DNA of 64,000 bases from an uncultured Actinomycetes bacterium (GTDB taxonomy: Bacteria > Actinomycetota > Thermoleophilia > UBA2241): assembly GCA_963725665.1 (NCBI GenBank), contig CAVRZA010000011.1:352001-416000 (forward strand), in the 5' to 3' direction. Positions within the stretch are counted from its first letter, which is position 1. Each line of letters opens with the position of its first letter. Under the pieces are notes generated by a model, which saw only the letters and a list, made by a program, of their open reading frames with translations, ran no database searches and had not been told where the DNA came from. The position numbers were made by a program, and so were the translations under genes. Shown here one piece after another: positions 19,932 to 31,830 of this stretch.

Positions 19932-22241
19932 GTGTTCGCAGCGATCGGCCGCTTCTCGTACCGCTACCGGTGGCCCGTCGTGATCGTCTGGGTTCTAGCC
20001 TTCCTCGTCGGGCTTCTCCTGACGACGAGATTGTCGTCGGAGCTCAAGGGCGGCGGCTTCTCGGACCCGAACTCTCCGGCGCAGCAGGCTCTCGACCTCA
20101 TGAACGCCAAGCTGCAGACGGGTCTCGCCACGGTGTCGGTCGTCTTTGCGAGCCCCTCTTCCGGCGCGGCGGGTGAGGGCGCGCGCGGGGCCGCCTTCCA
20201 GGCGGCCGAGGCGCGCGCCCTCGGCCGCATCACGCCGGAGTCGCTGCCCGGACTGCAGACCGTGCAGACCTACGCGACCACGGGCGACGGGACGCTGATT
20301 TCGAAGGACGGCAAGGCATCGGTGGCCGTCCTTGTGTTCGACGTGCCGCTCGAAGAGGCGCAGAAGCAGGTGCCGCGTATCCGCTCGCTGTTGCAGCCCG
20401 CGGGCCTGAACGCCTATGTGACCGGCGAGCCGGCCGTCTACGCCGATCTGGAGAACCTCTCCTCCGAGGACCTGCGCCGCGCCGAGTCGTACGCGCTCCC
20501 CTTCGCCCTGATCGTGCTGCTGCTGGTCTTCGGCAGCGTCGTCGCCGCGGCGTTGCCCGTGATCGGTGGAGGCATGGCGGTGACCATCACACTGGGCGTC
20601 GTCTACTTCTTCGCCCAGCGCTTCGACATGTCGATCTTCGTCATGAACACCGCGTCGATGCTCGGCCTCGCCGTCGGCATCGACTACTCGCTCTTCATAG
20701 TGGGCCGCTTCCGAGAGGAGCTGGCCGGCGGGGCGACGGTGGCGAAAGCTGTCGAGACCACCGTCGCCCGGGCCGGCCGCTCGATCTTCTTCAGCGGCAT
20801 CGCGGTCGTGATCGGCCTGTTCGGCCTGGTGACCTTCCAGTACATGTCACTGCGCTCCATCGGCTGGGGCGGGGCGATCGTGGTCTTCTTCTCGGTGGCC
20901 TCGGCGCTGACCCTGCTGCCGGCCCTCCTGGGCATCCTCGGCCCGCGCGTGGACGCGCTGCGCATCCTGGGCCGACGGCGACGCGAGGGCCACTTCTGGC
21001 AACGCTGGTCGGACGGCGTCATGCGCCACCCGTGGCTTGTGATGGCGGCGACCGTGGCTGTGATCCTGATCTTCGCCGGGCCCTTCCTGCACATCGTTGT
21101 CAACGTGCCGACGGCGACTTCGCTGCCCGAGAGCCAGGAGTCGCGCAAGGGCTACGACATCCTGCAGTCGCGCTTCGATCGGGGCGCGCTGCAGCCGGTC
21201 GCCGTGATGCTCACGTGGGAGGCCGGCGACCAGGATGCGCTCAGCCCCGCCAATCTCGCCTCCCTGTACGCGTACGGGCAGGAGCTGGCGAGGCTACCGG
21301 GGGCCGCCTCGGTGTCCTCCATCGTCAATCAGCCGGGCCTCGACTCGGCGCAGACGGCGATCGGCTTCTGGCAAGCGGTGCAGGCCGCTTCGCGGCCCGG
21401 CGTTCAGACGCCTGCTTCACCCCTGACCTTGCCCGCGCGGCCAACCGTGCCCCCCGCTCAGCTGAAAGCCGCCGCGGAGCTGGCCAAGGCCACGACCGGC
21501 CCCGGCGCCGTCATGTTCTCGGTCGCGCCGGCGAGCGACCCGACTTCGTCGGCGGCCCAGGACCTGACCGTCGCCGTCCGGGGCCTGCAGCCGCCGCCGG
21601 GCATGGCCGCGCACGTGGCCGGCCTCTCCGCCGGCGTGCACGACTTCCTCAACGCCCTCTACAGTCGCTTCCCCTGGGTCGTCCTCTACATCTTCGTCGT
21701 CTCGTACATCGTGCTGCTGATCCTGCTGCGCAGCGTGGTGCTGCCGCTCAAGGCCGTGCTCATGAACACGCTCTCGATCCTGGCCAGCTTCGGCGCTCTC
21801 GTGTTCGTGTTCCAGGAGGGCCATTTGGAGGGGGTCCTGCAATTCACCGGCACCGGCTCGATCGACGCCACGCTGCCCATCATCATGTTCTGCACCATCT
21901 TCGGCGTCTCGATGGACTACGAGGTCTTCCTGCTCACGCGCATGCGCGAGTCGTGGCTCGAGACGCACGACAACCGACGGGCCGTGGCCTTCGGACTCAC
22001 CAAGACGGGGCGGATCATCACCAGCGCCGCGCTCATCATCGTCATCGTCGCCGGCTCGTTCGCCTTCACCAGCATCCTCATCACCAAGGCCATCGGCGTC
22101 GGTCTTGCCGTCGCCATCGCTCTCGACGCGACGATCATCCGCATCCTGCTCGTGCCGGCCACCATGCGCATCCTCGGCCGGGCGAACTGGTGGATGCCGA
22201 AGTGGCTCGACCGCGTGCTGCCGACGATCGGGGAGGGCTAG
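19932..22241 (+). CDS. MMPL/RND-family transporter
   Basis: GLAVGIDY, FGVSMDYEVFLL, GRIITSAA, DATIIR motifs; GTG 19932 with GGAGG RBS. Confidence 0.93.
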   Translation: MFAAIGRFSYRYRWPVVIVWVLAFLVGLLLTTRLSSELKGGGFSDPNSPAQQALDLMNAKLQTGLATVSVVFASPSSGAAGEGARGAAFQAAEARALGRITPESLPGLQTVQTYATTGDGTLISKDGKASVAVLVFDVPLEEAQKQVPRIRSLLQPAGLNAYVTGEPAVYADLENLSSEDLRRAESYALPFALIVLLLVFGSVVAAALPVIGGGMAVTITLGVVYFFAQRFDMSIFVMNTASMLGLAVGIDYSLFIVGRFREELAGGATVAKAVETTVARAGRSIFFSGIAVVIGLFGLVTFQYMSLRSIGWGGAIVVFFSVASALTLLPALLGILGPRVDALRILGRRRREGHFWQRWSDGVMRHPWLVMAATVAVILIFAGPFLHIVVNVPTATSLPESQESRKGYDILQSRFDRGALQPVAVMLTWEAGDQDALSPANLASLYAYGQELARLPGAASVSSIVNQPGLDSAQTAIGFWQAVQAASRPGVQTPASPLTLPARPTVPPAQLKAAAELAKATTGPGAVMFSVAPASDPTSSAAQDLTVAVRGLQPPPGMAAHVAGLSAGVHDFLNALYSRFPWVVLYIFVVSYIVLLILLRSVVLPLKAVLMNTLSILASFGALVFVFQEGHLEGVLQFTGTGSIDATLPIIMFCTIFGVSMDYEVFLLTRMRESWLETHDNRRAVAFGLTKTGRIITSAALIIVIVAGSFAFTSILITKAIGVGLAVAIALDATIIRILLVPATMRILGRANWWMPKWLDRVLPTIGEG

Positions 22242-22329
22242 CGGGCCATCTCGCTCCGTTCCGCCGGGGCCTGGCTCCCCCCGCGGCGCCAGGCTCGTCG
22301 GGCCGCGGGCCGCAACGTAGACTGTGGTC

Positions 22330-22962
22330 ATGGCCGACCGGGGCTGGACGGAGGTGTTCGGCGCCTTGCGGGAGCGCGAGTTCGAAAGGCTCCTGACGGG
22401 TCAGGTCGTCTCGACGACCGGCGAGGCGATGATCCCCGTGGCGCTCGCGTTCGCCGTCCTCGACATGACCGACTCGCCCACCGACGTGGGCATCGTGCTC
22501 GCGGCCGGCGTCGTGCCCGTCGTGCTCTTCTTGCTGTTGGGGGGCATCTGGGCGGACCGACTGCCGCGCCAGCGAGTCATGATGGGCGCCGATCTCGCGC
22601 GCGCCGCCGCGCAGGCGGTCTTGGCGCTGCTGCTGTTGAGCGGTCGCGCGACCGTGCCGGAGATCGTTCTGCTGCAGGCGGCGCGCGGCACGGCCTGGAA
22701 TTGGCTCGGCCTGCTCGTCTTCTTCCCACTCGGGCTCGTTTTGGCCGGCCCGGTCTCGCGCTTGATCGGCGTCTCTGAGACGCTGTGGGTCTCGGCCGCG
22801 ACCATACTCCTGCTGGCCCTGATCGGGTTGGCGGTGCCCAGTATGCGCAACCTGCCAAGTCGGGCGGCGATGGAGGAGGCGGCGCGAGCAGCTAGGGCGG
22901 CGCGAGCGGGAGAGGCCGAGCGATCGGCCGAGCCGGTCGTCCGGCAGAAGAGGGACGCCTAG
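22330..22962 (+). pseudogene. Internally deleted MFS transporter paralog (open frame, ~6 TM)
   Basis: The N-terminal part aligns with the start of the downstream MFS (GGIWADRLPRQRVM) and joins directly to its C-terminal part (FFPLGLVLAGP). Confidence 0.7.
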
Positions 22963-24261
22963 ATGGTACTCGAACAGGGCACACGTGGCGCCGCTCTCGG
23001 GGTTTTGGGCGAACCGGAGTACCGCAAGCTCTTCGTCGGCCAGGCGGTGTCGGTCGTGGGGACGGTCTTCACCATGGTGGCGCTGCCGTTCGCCGTGCTC
23101 GATCTCGGTGGTTCGGCGACCGACATCGGGCTCGTCGCCGCCGCCAATCTCGTGCCGCTGCTCGTGTTCCTGCTCGTGGGAGGGGTATGGGCCGACCGGC
23201 TGCCGCGGCAACGCGTGATGCTCGTGGCGGACCTCTGCCGGGCCGCGCTCCAGGTCGTCGCCGCGACGCTGCTGGTGAGCGGGACGGCCCACATCTGGCA
23301 CCTGGTCCTTCTGCAGATCGCCCTGGGCACGTGCGAGGCCTTCTTCCGCCCCGCGCACACCGGTCTGGTGCCGCAGACCGTCTCACCCGAGCGCCTGCAG
23401 CAGGCCAACGGGCTACTGAGCGTCGCAAACAACCTATCGCTCACGGTGGGCGCCGCACTCGGCGGGGTGATCGTGGCCGCCGTCGGCGCCGGCTGGGCCA
23501 TCGGGCTCGACGGCCTCACGTTTCTGGTCAGCGCGGCGTTCCTGTGGCGGCTGCGGCCGCGGCCGCGGGCCGCGGCCGCAGCCGCCACGTCCGGCCAGAG
23601 CTTCGCGCGCGATCTGGCCGCCGGCTGGCGCGAGTTCGTGAGCCACACCTGGCTGTGGGTCATGGTCGCCGGGGCCTCGGCCTTCCTCTTCTTCGTCGAT
23701 GCCCCGGCGGGGGTGCTGGGGCCGGTCGTCGCGAAGGCCTCCTACAACGGCCCCAGCACCTTCGGCTTCATCATGGCCGCGATGGGTCTCGGGCAGATCA
23801 CGGGCGCCGTGACGGCTATGCGCTGGCGCCCGGTGCGGCCCTTGCTCATCGTCGCGGCCGGCATGTCGTTGACGGCGATCCCTCTGGCACTCCTCGCCGT
23901 GCGCGCTCCGGTCGCGCCTCTCTTCGTCGCCTTCGCCCTCATGGGCATCGAGTGGGGCCTGTTCGACACGTTCTGGATGACGTGCGTGCAGCAGCACGTC
24001 GCCCCCGAGGCTCTCTCGCGCGTGTCGTCCTACGACTACCTGGGGTCCCTCGCCTTCTACCCCGCCGGCCTCGTGCTGGCCGGTCCCCTCTCGAGAGTGC
24101 TCGGCATATCGGGGGTGTTGTGGCTTGGTGCGGCGATGGCCGTCGTGATCAGTGTCGGGCAGCTTCTGGTGCGCGACGTGCGGCGGCTGACGTGGGGCAC
24201 GCCCGCGCCGGAGAGAGGCGACGAGCCCTCGCCGCCGGCGGCGGACTCGGCCGACGCCTAG
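22963..24261 (+). CDS. MFS transporter (DHA3/EntS-like)
   Basis: GGVWADRLPRQRVM motif A; about 12 TM segments. Confidence 0.9.
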   Translation: MVLEQGTRGAALGVLGEPEYRKLFVGQAVSVVGTVFTMVALPFAVLDLGGSATDIGLVAAANLVPLLVFLLVGGVWADRLPRQRVMLVADLCRAALQVVAATLLVSGTAHIWHLVLLQIALGTCEAFFRPAHTGLVPQTVSPERLQQANGLLSVANNLSLTVGAALGGVIVAAVGAGWAIGLDGLTFLVSAAFLWRLRPRPRAAAAAATSGQSFARDLAAGWREFVSHTWLWVMVAGASAFLFFVDAPAGVLGPVVAKASYNGPSTFGFIMAAMGLGQITGAVTAMRWRPVRPLLIVAAGMSLTAIPLALLAVRAPVAPLFVAFALMGIEWGLFDTFWMTCVQQHVAPEALSRVSSYDYLGSLAFYPAGLVLAGPLSRVLGISGVLWLGAAMAVVISVGQLLVRDVRRLTWGTPAPERGDEPSPPAADSADA

Positions 24262-26206
24262 AGCGGCAGCCCCGTCTCCTCCCACTCGCGGTAGAGCTCC
24301 CAGTAGCGTCCGCGCAGCGACATGAGCTCGTCGTGCGTGCCGCGCTCGACGATGCGCCCGTCGTCGACGACCAGGATCTGATCGGCGTGGCGCACCGTGC
24401 TCAAGCGGTGGGCGACGATGACGGAGGTGCGGCCGCTGAAGAGCACGTTCATGGCGTGCTCGATGCGCCGCTCACTCTCGGCGTCGACGCTCGAGGTGGC
24501 CTCGTCGAGGATCAGGATGCGCGGGTCGGCGAGCAGGGCGCGCGCGAAACTGATGAGCTGGCGCTGCCCGGTCGAGAGACCGCCGCCACGCTCCTGCACG
24601 TCGGTCTCATAGCCGTCGGGCAGCGCCGCGATGAAGTCGTGCGCGCCCACGATGCGCGCCACGCGCTGGACCTCCTCGAGAGATGCGTCCGGCCGTGGAA
24701 AGCGCACGTTCTCGAGCACCGACCCCGAGAAGAGGAACGCCTCCTGCGGCACGACGGCCAGCTGCTCGCGCAGCGAACGGGTCGTGACGTCGCGCAGGTC
24801 GTGGCCGTCGATGAGCACGCGGCCCGCGCGAGGGTCGTAGAAGCGCGCCAGCAGCTTCACGATCGTCGACTTGCCGGCTCCCGTCGGCCCGACCAACGCG
24901 AGGGTCTGCCCCGGCGCGATCTCGAAGTCGACGTCGTGGAGCACGTCGTGCGCCGCCCGCTCGGCGCCGCCGGCTCGGCGGACGCTGGCGCGCTCGCCTT
25001 TGACCCGGCAGCCGCGGCTCGCGGGCGGCCCGGCAGCTGCCGCTCGCCCGGGACAACGAGGGGCGTCGCGTCCCTCCCTTGCCCGTAGGCGAAGTCCACG
25101 TGCTCGAAGCGCACCTCGCCCAGCGCCTCGGGCAAGGGGTGCGCGTGGGGCGCATCGGTCATGTCGGGCTCCGTGTCGAGCACGGTGTAGACCTTGCGCA
25201 CCGCTGCCATCGAGGCCTGGAACGTGTTGTAGAGCTGCGAGAGCTGCTGGATCGGGTCGAAGAAGCTCGCCAGGTAGCCGACGAACGCGACCAGGACGCC
25301 GATCTCGAGGGCGGCGTGCGACTGCAGCACGCCGCCGTACCAAAGCACGATGACGATGCCGACGGCCGACATGAACTCGACGAAGGGGAAGTAGAAGCCG
25401 CTCTGCACGACGGTCTCCCAGTTCGCCTGCCGATAGGCGGCGTTGGCCTCGGCGAAGCGCTCGTAGTCCGACTGCTCGCGCCTGAACGCCTGCACCACGC
25501 GCACCCCGGCGATCGACTCCTGCAGGTGCGCGCTGACCCCGGCTATCTTGTCCCTCACCTTGGCGTATGAGCGGGCCGACTTGGAGCGGAAGACGACCGT
25601 CGCGAGGATGACCGGCGGCAGGATGACCATCGTCGCCAGCGCCAGGCGCCAGTCGAGCACGAAGAGGAGGATGACGGCGCCGATCAGCGTCAGGCTGCTG
25701 GTGACGAGGGTGGTCACGCCGTCGGTCACGAGCTGGTCGAGGGCGTCGATGTCGTTGGTGAGGCGCGAGACGATCCAGCCCGTCTTCTGCTGGCTGAAGA
25801 AGTCGAGGGAGAGCTTCTGGATGTGCGCGAACAGCGCGCGCCGCAGGTCGAGGATGACGCGCTCGCCGACCCAGTTGACGAGGTAGGTCTCGAGGTAGCT
25901 CGCGGCCAGGTTGAGGCCGGCCAGGGCCAGGAAGGCCACGATGACCACCTCGACGACACGCATGTCCTTCACGGCGATGCCGGAGTCGATGGCGATCTTG
26001 ACCAGGTAGGGCACCGCCAGGGCCGTGAGCGTGACGACGACCATGGCGACGAGGCTGGCCGCGGCCTGCGCCCGGTACGGGCGCACGAACGCGGCCAGCC
26101 GCACGAGCTGCAGCTCGTGCACGGGATGGAGCAGCACGCGCCAGCCCTGGATGTCCTCGAGGGCCGGTCCCTCCCCGTGCGGCCCGCGCACTCTAGCGGC
26201 TGCCAT
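24258..26206 (-). CDS. ABC exporter subunit (TMD+NBD), split by a frameshift near 24950-25080
   Basis: TMD in ORF 24857..26206; Walker A GPTGAGKST, LSTGQRQ and ILDEATS in the frame of ORF 24258..25343. Confidence 0.82.
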
Positions 26207-28151
26207 CGCCCACCCCCCGCTGGACGTCCGATTGTGACGAGAGGAGCTCGGCGCCGTTCCCCCGTCCGTCCCCGTCCGCGCCGAGGCCGGCCACGTCGAG
26301 CGTGCGTCCTTCGGCCTCGGCGGCGCCGAACATGCGCGCGTAGAGGCCGCCGGCGGCCATGAGCTCCTCGTGGCTGCCGCGCTCCACGATGCGGCCCTCG
26401 TCGAGGACGATCACCTCCTTGGCCAGGGCGATCGTCGACGGACGGTGGGCGATGATGAAGGTCGTGCGTCCGCGCATCACTTCGATCAGCGCCTCGCGGA
26501 TCCTGAACTCCGTGGCGGTGTCGACGCTCGAGGTGGCGTCGTCGAGGATCAGGATGCGCGGGTTCATGACCAGGGCGCGCGCGATGGCGATGCGCTGCCG
26601 CTGTCCTCCCGAGAGTGTGTAGCCGCGCTCGCCGATGACAGTGTCGTAGCCGTTGGGCAGTGCGCTGATGAACTCGTCGGCCTGGGCGCGGCGGGCAGCG
26701 TCGCGCACCTCGTCGTCGCTCGCCTCGGGGCGTCCAAGGCGGATGTTCTCGGCGACGGTCGTCGAGAAGAGGTAGGGGTCCTGGTTGACGATGCCGATGT
26801 GCTCGCGCAGGCTCTCGCGGGTCACGGCGCGCACGTCGTGGCCGTCGACCAATACCGCTCCGGCCGTGACGTCGTAGAAGCGCGGGATGAGGTTGGTGAG
26901 CGTGGTCTTACCGCATCCGGTGTGGCCGACGAGAGCGACGGTCGCGCCGCAGGGCACGTCGAGGTCGATGCCGCCCAAGACCTGGCGCTCTGACGGGGGC
27001 CTTTGGCCGGCCAGGACGGGCGCGCTGGGTGGGCCTGCCACCTTGCTTGGGCCGGGACCCGGTGCCGCTGGGGCACCGGCTCCGCTGGACGTCCCATCGG
27101 GCGCCTCGCCGCCGACGCCGTAGGCGAAGCGCACACCCTCGAAGCGGACCTCGCCGCAGACGTCGGCTAGACGCTCGGCGTCGGGTGCATCGGTCATCTG
27201 CAGCGGCGTGTCCAGGATCTCGTAGACGCGCTCCCCCGAGGCGATGGCGCGCTGCATGAGCCCGGTCAGCCAGCCGAGCACCTGAGCCGGGTAGATGAGC
27301 ATCATGAGGTAGGTGTAGAAGGCGACCAGCGACCCCAGGCTGAGCGTACCGGCGATCACCTCGCGCGCTCCCCAGTAGAGCAGCACGGCGACGGCGATGT
27401 TGGGCAGGAAGCCGATGAGCGGCACGTAGAACGCGCGCAGCCGGGCGGCGCTGATGCTGGCGTCGAACACCGCCCGGCTGCGCGCGCTGAACTTCTCCAG
27501 CTCGTCGTCTTCCCTGGCGAAGATCTTCACGATGCGCGAGCCCGTCACGTTCTCCTCGGCGACAGTGGTCACGTCGGCGATCTTCTGCTGCACGTCGCGC
27601 AGCACGGGGTGGAGCTTGCGGCTGAAGCGCAGCGCCACGATGAGGAGCAGCGGCAAAAAAGCCAGCGAGAGCAGTGCCAGCGACCAGTTGAGGACGAAGA
27701 GCAGCACCGTGACCGCGACGAGGGTGAACACGTTGGCGGTGAAGAACACGAGCCCGTAGCCGAGGAACATGCGCACGTTCTGGATGTCGCTCATGGCCCG
27801 GCTCATCAGCTGGCCGGTCTGCCAGCGGTCGAAGTAGCCGGCCGGCTGTTGCAGCAGGTGCCAGTACATGCGGTTGCGCAGCGCGTACTCGATATCGAGG
27901 CTCATGTGGCCGGTCGCGAGGCGCCGCACGACGGCGAGCACGAAGCGCGCCGCGCCGACCCCGAGGATGGCGAGACCGAGCGGCACGAGCAGCTCGTAGT
28001 GCTGCGCCACCAGCGCGTCGTTGATCACCGCGCGCGTGAACAGTGGGATCGTGAGGCTGAGCGCCATCTGCCCCAGCGCCGTGCCGAAAGCGACGGCGAC
28101 GAGGAGCTTGTAGTCGGCGAGAAAGGCCGTGATGCGCCAGAATGTTTTCAT
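26193..28151 (-). CDS. ABC exporter subunit (TMD+NBD), heterodimer partner
   Basis: GHTGCGKT, LSGGQRQR, degenerate Walker B ILDDATS; ATG 28151. Confidence 0.92.
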   Translation of the reverse strand: MKTFWRITAFLADYKLLVAVAFGTALGQMALSLTIPLFTRAVINDALVAQHYELLVPLGLAILGVGAARFVLAVVRRLATGHMSLDIEYALRNRMYWHLLQQPAGYFDRWQTGQLMSRAMSDIQNVRMFLGYGLVFFTANVFTLVAVTVLLFVLNWSLALLSLAFLPLLLIVALRFSRKLHPVLRDVQQKIADVTTVAEENVTGSRIVKIFAREDDELEKFSARSRAVFDASISAARLRAFYVPLIGFLPNIAVAVLLYWGAREVIAGTLSLGSLVAFYTYLMMLIYPAQVLGWLTGLMQRAIASGERVYEILDTPLQMTDAPDAERLADVCGEVRFEGVRFAYGVGGEAPDGTSSGAGAPAAPGPGPSKVAGPPSAPVLAGQRPPSERQVLGGIDLDVPCGATVALVGHTGCGKTTLTNLIPRFYDVTAGAVLVDGHDVRAVTRESLREHIGIVNQDPYLFSTTVAENIRLGRPEASDDEVRDAARRAQADEFISALPNGYDTVIGERGYTLSGGQRQRIAIARALVMNPRILILDDATSSVDTATEFRIREALIEVMRGRTTFIIAHRPSTIALAKEVIVLDEGRIVERGSHEELMAAGGLYARMFGAAEAEGRTLDVAGLGADGDGRGNGAELLSSQSDVQRGVGDGSR

Positions 28152-28428
28152 CGCGACTGAGCATACCCGGCTGCCACGCAAGCGAAAGAGACCGCGGCGG
28201 CGATGGGGTATTCACGACGTGTTGGGTCACAGGAAACAGACGGGGGCAGGCACTTCCAAGGCTGTTCAAACCGGCTACCGACGGGACTCCCGGTCAGCGG
28301 GCGGCGGACGTCACGAGCGTCGCCCGGCCCGGAGCAGCGGCAGCCATGGTCCGACCAGCAAGGCTGGCTGCTCACCGGGCACCGAGGAGGTCTCGATGCC
28401 CGCGGCGGCACATAGTGCACACAGGTTA

Positions 28429-28566
28429 AGGAAACACACGGCAGGCGTGACTGCCTATCGCCGGCGATGCGCGATTGTGCTGCACAGTCCAAGGTTCTGC
28501 GCGGGCTCTGCGCTCGGCCGTGCTCAGGCGTGATGGGCCGTGACCCAGCGTCTCGTCGGCAATCCG
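28429..28566. repeat. Imperfect direct repeat, copy 1 (~138 bp)
   Basis: Colinear with 35642..35777; identical 31-bp core GCGATTGTGCTGCACAGTCCAAGGTTCTGCG at 28471-28501. Confidence 0.85.
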
Positions 28567-28589
28567 TCGGCAGACACCTCGCGCGCGTT

Positions 28590-31500
28590 CTAGTGGACGC
28601 CTCTCCTCGACGCCATCAGCCGCTCGGCCTCGGCAAGCGCTGGTTTGGCGCCCAGACGCTCGAAGATCTCTCGCGCCTGCTCGAGTACAGGCGCCGCCTC
28701 GGCAGCTCTGCCAAGCGCCACCAGGCAGCGGCCCTGACCGAGCAGCGCGTGCGCCTCCTCGTAGGGCAGCTCGAACTCGTGCCAGCGGGCGGCGGTGTCG
28801 GCGAAGCCGACCGTCGCCGCCTCGTGCTCGCCGCGCGCCTCAGTTGCGAACGCTTGGGCGGTGGCGACGGCGTGCCGGGTGATGGGCTGCAGCGGCTCAT
28901 CGATGCTCTCGGCCAGCCTCTGTACGAGCGCACCGTCACCCGCCGCCGCTGCCGTCCGCACCGCCAAGGGTAGCGCGCCGCACCACCAGAACCCCCCTGG
29001 CCTCCGATAGGCTGCGTCGGCTAGGACGAGAAGCTCCAGCGCGCCATCGCGCTCTCCCGCCGCCAACCGTGCCGCTGCCGCCGCAGTGGCACACGCAGCG
29101 GCCATGTGCCCCGACTCGCGATGGGCGTCTCTTGCGACCAACGAAGCCAGCTGCTCGGCCTCGGCCGCGCGGCCACGCTGCACGAGGACCTGCAGGTGGG
29201 TAAATCGTACAACGGCAAGCATCCAGATGGATGATGCCGCCTCGAGCAGGGGTTCCACGGCGAGAGCCTCGCTGAGTACCGCGTCCCACTCGCCCAACGG
29301 CTCCCAGGACGAGAGGAGCAAACCGCGCAGCTGCAGCTCCGTATCAACGTCGCCGCGACGCCGCGCATACTCGAGCCCCTCCCGGAGGGTCTCCAGCGTA
29401 GACCGAAAGCCTTCGCACATGTAGACCTCGGCGCCCACGGCCCAATAGACGGTGCCAGCCTCCTCCCACGCACCCTTGATGCGAACCATCTCTAGAGCGA
29501 GTCTCAGGTCGTCGAGGCCGCCCGCATCACCCATGTCACAGCGCGCGCAGCCGCGATAGGCGATGGCCCGAGGATCCGGAGGCAGGCCGAGCCGCTCGGC
29601 GACGGCGACGGCACGCTCCGCTGTGCCGAGCGTGACCCGCGGGTCCGCCTGGCCCCAAGTGCTGCCCACCAGGTCGTTCAACGCAACGAGAAGCTCTGGT
29701 GAGGGTCCCTCCGCCTCGAGTGACGCAACCGCTTCGGTCTGCAGCCGATGCCAACGCTCCGCGTCGACGTCGGCGAGCGCATACCCGAGCTCCATCTGTG
29801 CGAGCGCAGCTGCGCGGGTCTCACCAGCAGCTCGCAGCCCGCGGATCGCCTCCTCCAGAGCAGCCAGAGCTTCCATGGGCCGCCCACGCTGGATGACCGC
29901 CTTCCCCCATCGCACGAGGAGGACGGGCCTCTCGGGGCCGTCCGCGCCGGCCAGTTGCAGAGCGCGAGCGTACTGGCTCTCGGCCGCCGCGACGTCCAAC
30001 GCCCGGTCTCCGGCGAGCGTCAGGAGGCGGACGGCGGGCCTGAGGACGGAGTCGGCGAGCTCATCATCGCCGGCGGCGCGGGCCAGATCGTGCGCCGTCC
30101 CGTAATGGTGGGCGAGTATCTCGGCGAGATCCTCGGCGCGCTCTCCGGCCTTGCCCTCGATCCACGCCGCCGCGGCGGCATGCTTCCTGGCACGCACGAC
30201 GCGTGGCAGCTGGCCGTACGCGACGTCGCGGGCGAGAGCGTGCCCGAAGGCGAACTCGCTCTCGCCCTGCATCGACGACTCCCGGACGCGATGCACCAGC
30301 TGCTTGGCAATCAGGTCGCGCAACGCCTCATCGACCTCACCCGGCTCACTTTCGCCCAGGGCGGCCACGGCGCCGCTCCAGAAGACGCTCCCGATGACGG
30401 CCGCATCGGCGATGACGGCCTTGTGCTGCGGCGGGAGCGTGTCGAGACGCGCCGCGATGACGGCCTGGACCGAGCCCGGCATCGGCGCCGTCTCCCCCTC
30501 CCGTGAGCGCCGTTCTGCACCCACGCTGTCGAGCAGGTGCGACGCCTCGGCGACCGCCCGGTCCCTGAGCAGGCGCACCGACTCCTCGGCGTAGAAGGGG
30601 TTGCCCTCCGAGCGCGCCACGACCGTGTCCCGCACCTCGCCGGGGATGCGTGCCGTCTCGAGCAGACCCGCGACCAGGCGCTCCGTCTCGGCAGAAGAGA
30701 GAGGCTCGAGGGCGATGCGGTTCACGCGGCCGATCGCGGCTGCGAACGACGGCTGTCTCTCGAAGAGCTCGGGTCGCGCCGTGGCGATGACGAGCAAGGG
30801 GACCTCCGCAACGTTGCCCGCGACGTACTCGATGAAGGCCAGCAGGGCCTCGTCGGCCCAGTGCAGGTCCTCGATCGCGACGATCGCCGGGCCGGCCGCG
30901 GCCAGCTCCTCGAGCAGCCTCAGCCAGGCGGTGGAGTTCTCCTCACGGCTCGCCGCCGGCGCCTCGAGGCCGAGCAGGGCGCGCAGACGGTTGCGCAGCC
31001 ACTCACGGTCCGGCCCCTCGGGCACGATGGCGCCCAGCTTGGCCTCCACCGTCGCGAGGTCGTCGGTCTCGAGGATGCCGGCCTGCGCCTTGAAGACCTC
31101 GCCCAGGGCCCAATAGGTCACGCCCTCGCCGTAGGGCAGGCAGCGGCCTTGGCACCAGGTTACCCTGTCGCCGCGCGACTGCACATGACCGAAGAGCTCG
31201 GCCACGAGGCGCGACTTGCCGATGCCCGGCTCGCCGACGATGAGGGCGACCTGAGGCGACGACGAGCCGGCCGCCTTCTCGAAGAGCGCCTCAAGGAAGG
31301 AGAGCTCGGTCTCGCGGCCGACCAGGGGCGTCAGGTATGTGCGTTCCGGTCGGCCGCCTGTGTGCCGGCGGGGGGCCTTGGCGAGCCACACAGGGAGAGC
31401 GGGCGCGACGCCGGCCGGTGCGGCCGTCTCGAGCGCCTCGTACTGGAAGGACTCCGCGGTGAGCTCGTGGGTCGACTCACTCACGACGACGCCGGTGGCC

Positions 31501-31830
31501 GGTGCCAGCGACTGCAGGCGAGCCGCCACGGTCAGCACGTCGCCGGTAAGGAGACCCTCGCCGGAGGCGGGCTCGATGTCCAGGCTCACGAGCGCCTCGC
31601 CACTATGCACGCCGACACGAACGTCGCTCGCGCCTCCTGCCGGCCCGGCGAACGCGCCGGCCTGCTCTACGAGCCTTAGGCCGGCGCGCACGGCCCGCTC
31701 GGCGTCGTCCTCGTGCAGGGCGGGCACCCCAAACACCGCCGTCACGGCATCCCCCACGAACTTCTGAACCACCCCTCCATGAGTCTCGACGACGTGGCGC
31801 GCCGCGGCATCGAATGCGCGCAGAGCGCAT
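28590..31830 (-). pseudogene. Adenylate/guanylate cyclase - AAA ATPase - TPR protein, N-terminally truncated
   Basis: KFVGDAV..FG.P..HEDDAERA, GEPGIGKSRL, EDLHWAD, EGNPFY motifs. The first cyclase strand with the metal-binding Asp is absent. Confidence 0.78.

Noticed and set aside
28260-28278. T-arm-like GGCTG-TTCAAAC-CGGCT
   Set aside because: No cloverleaf can be built around it.
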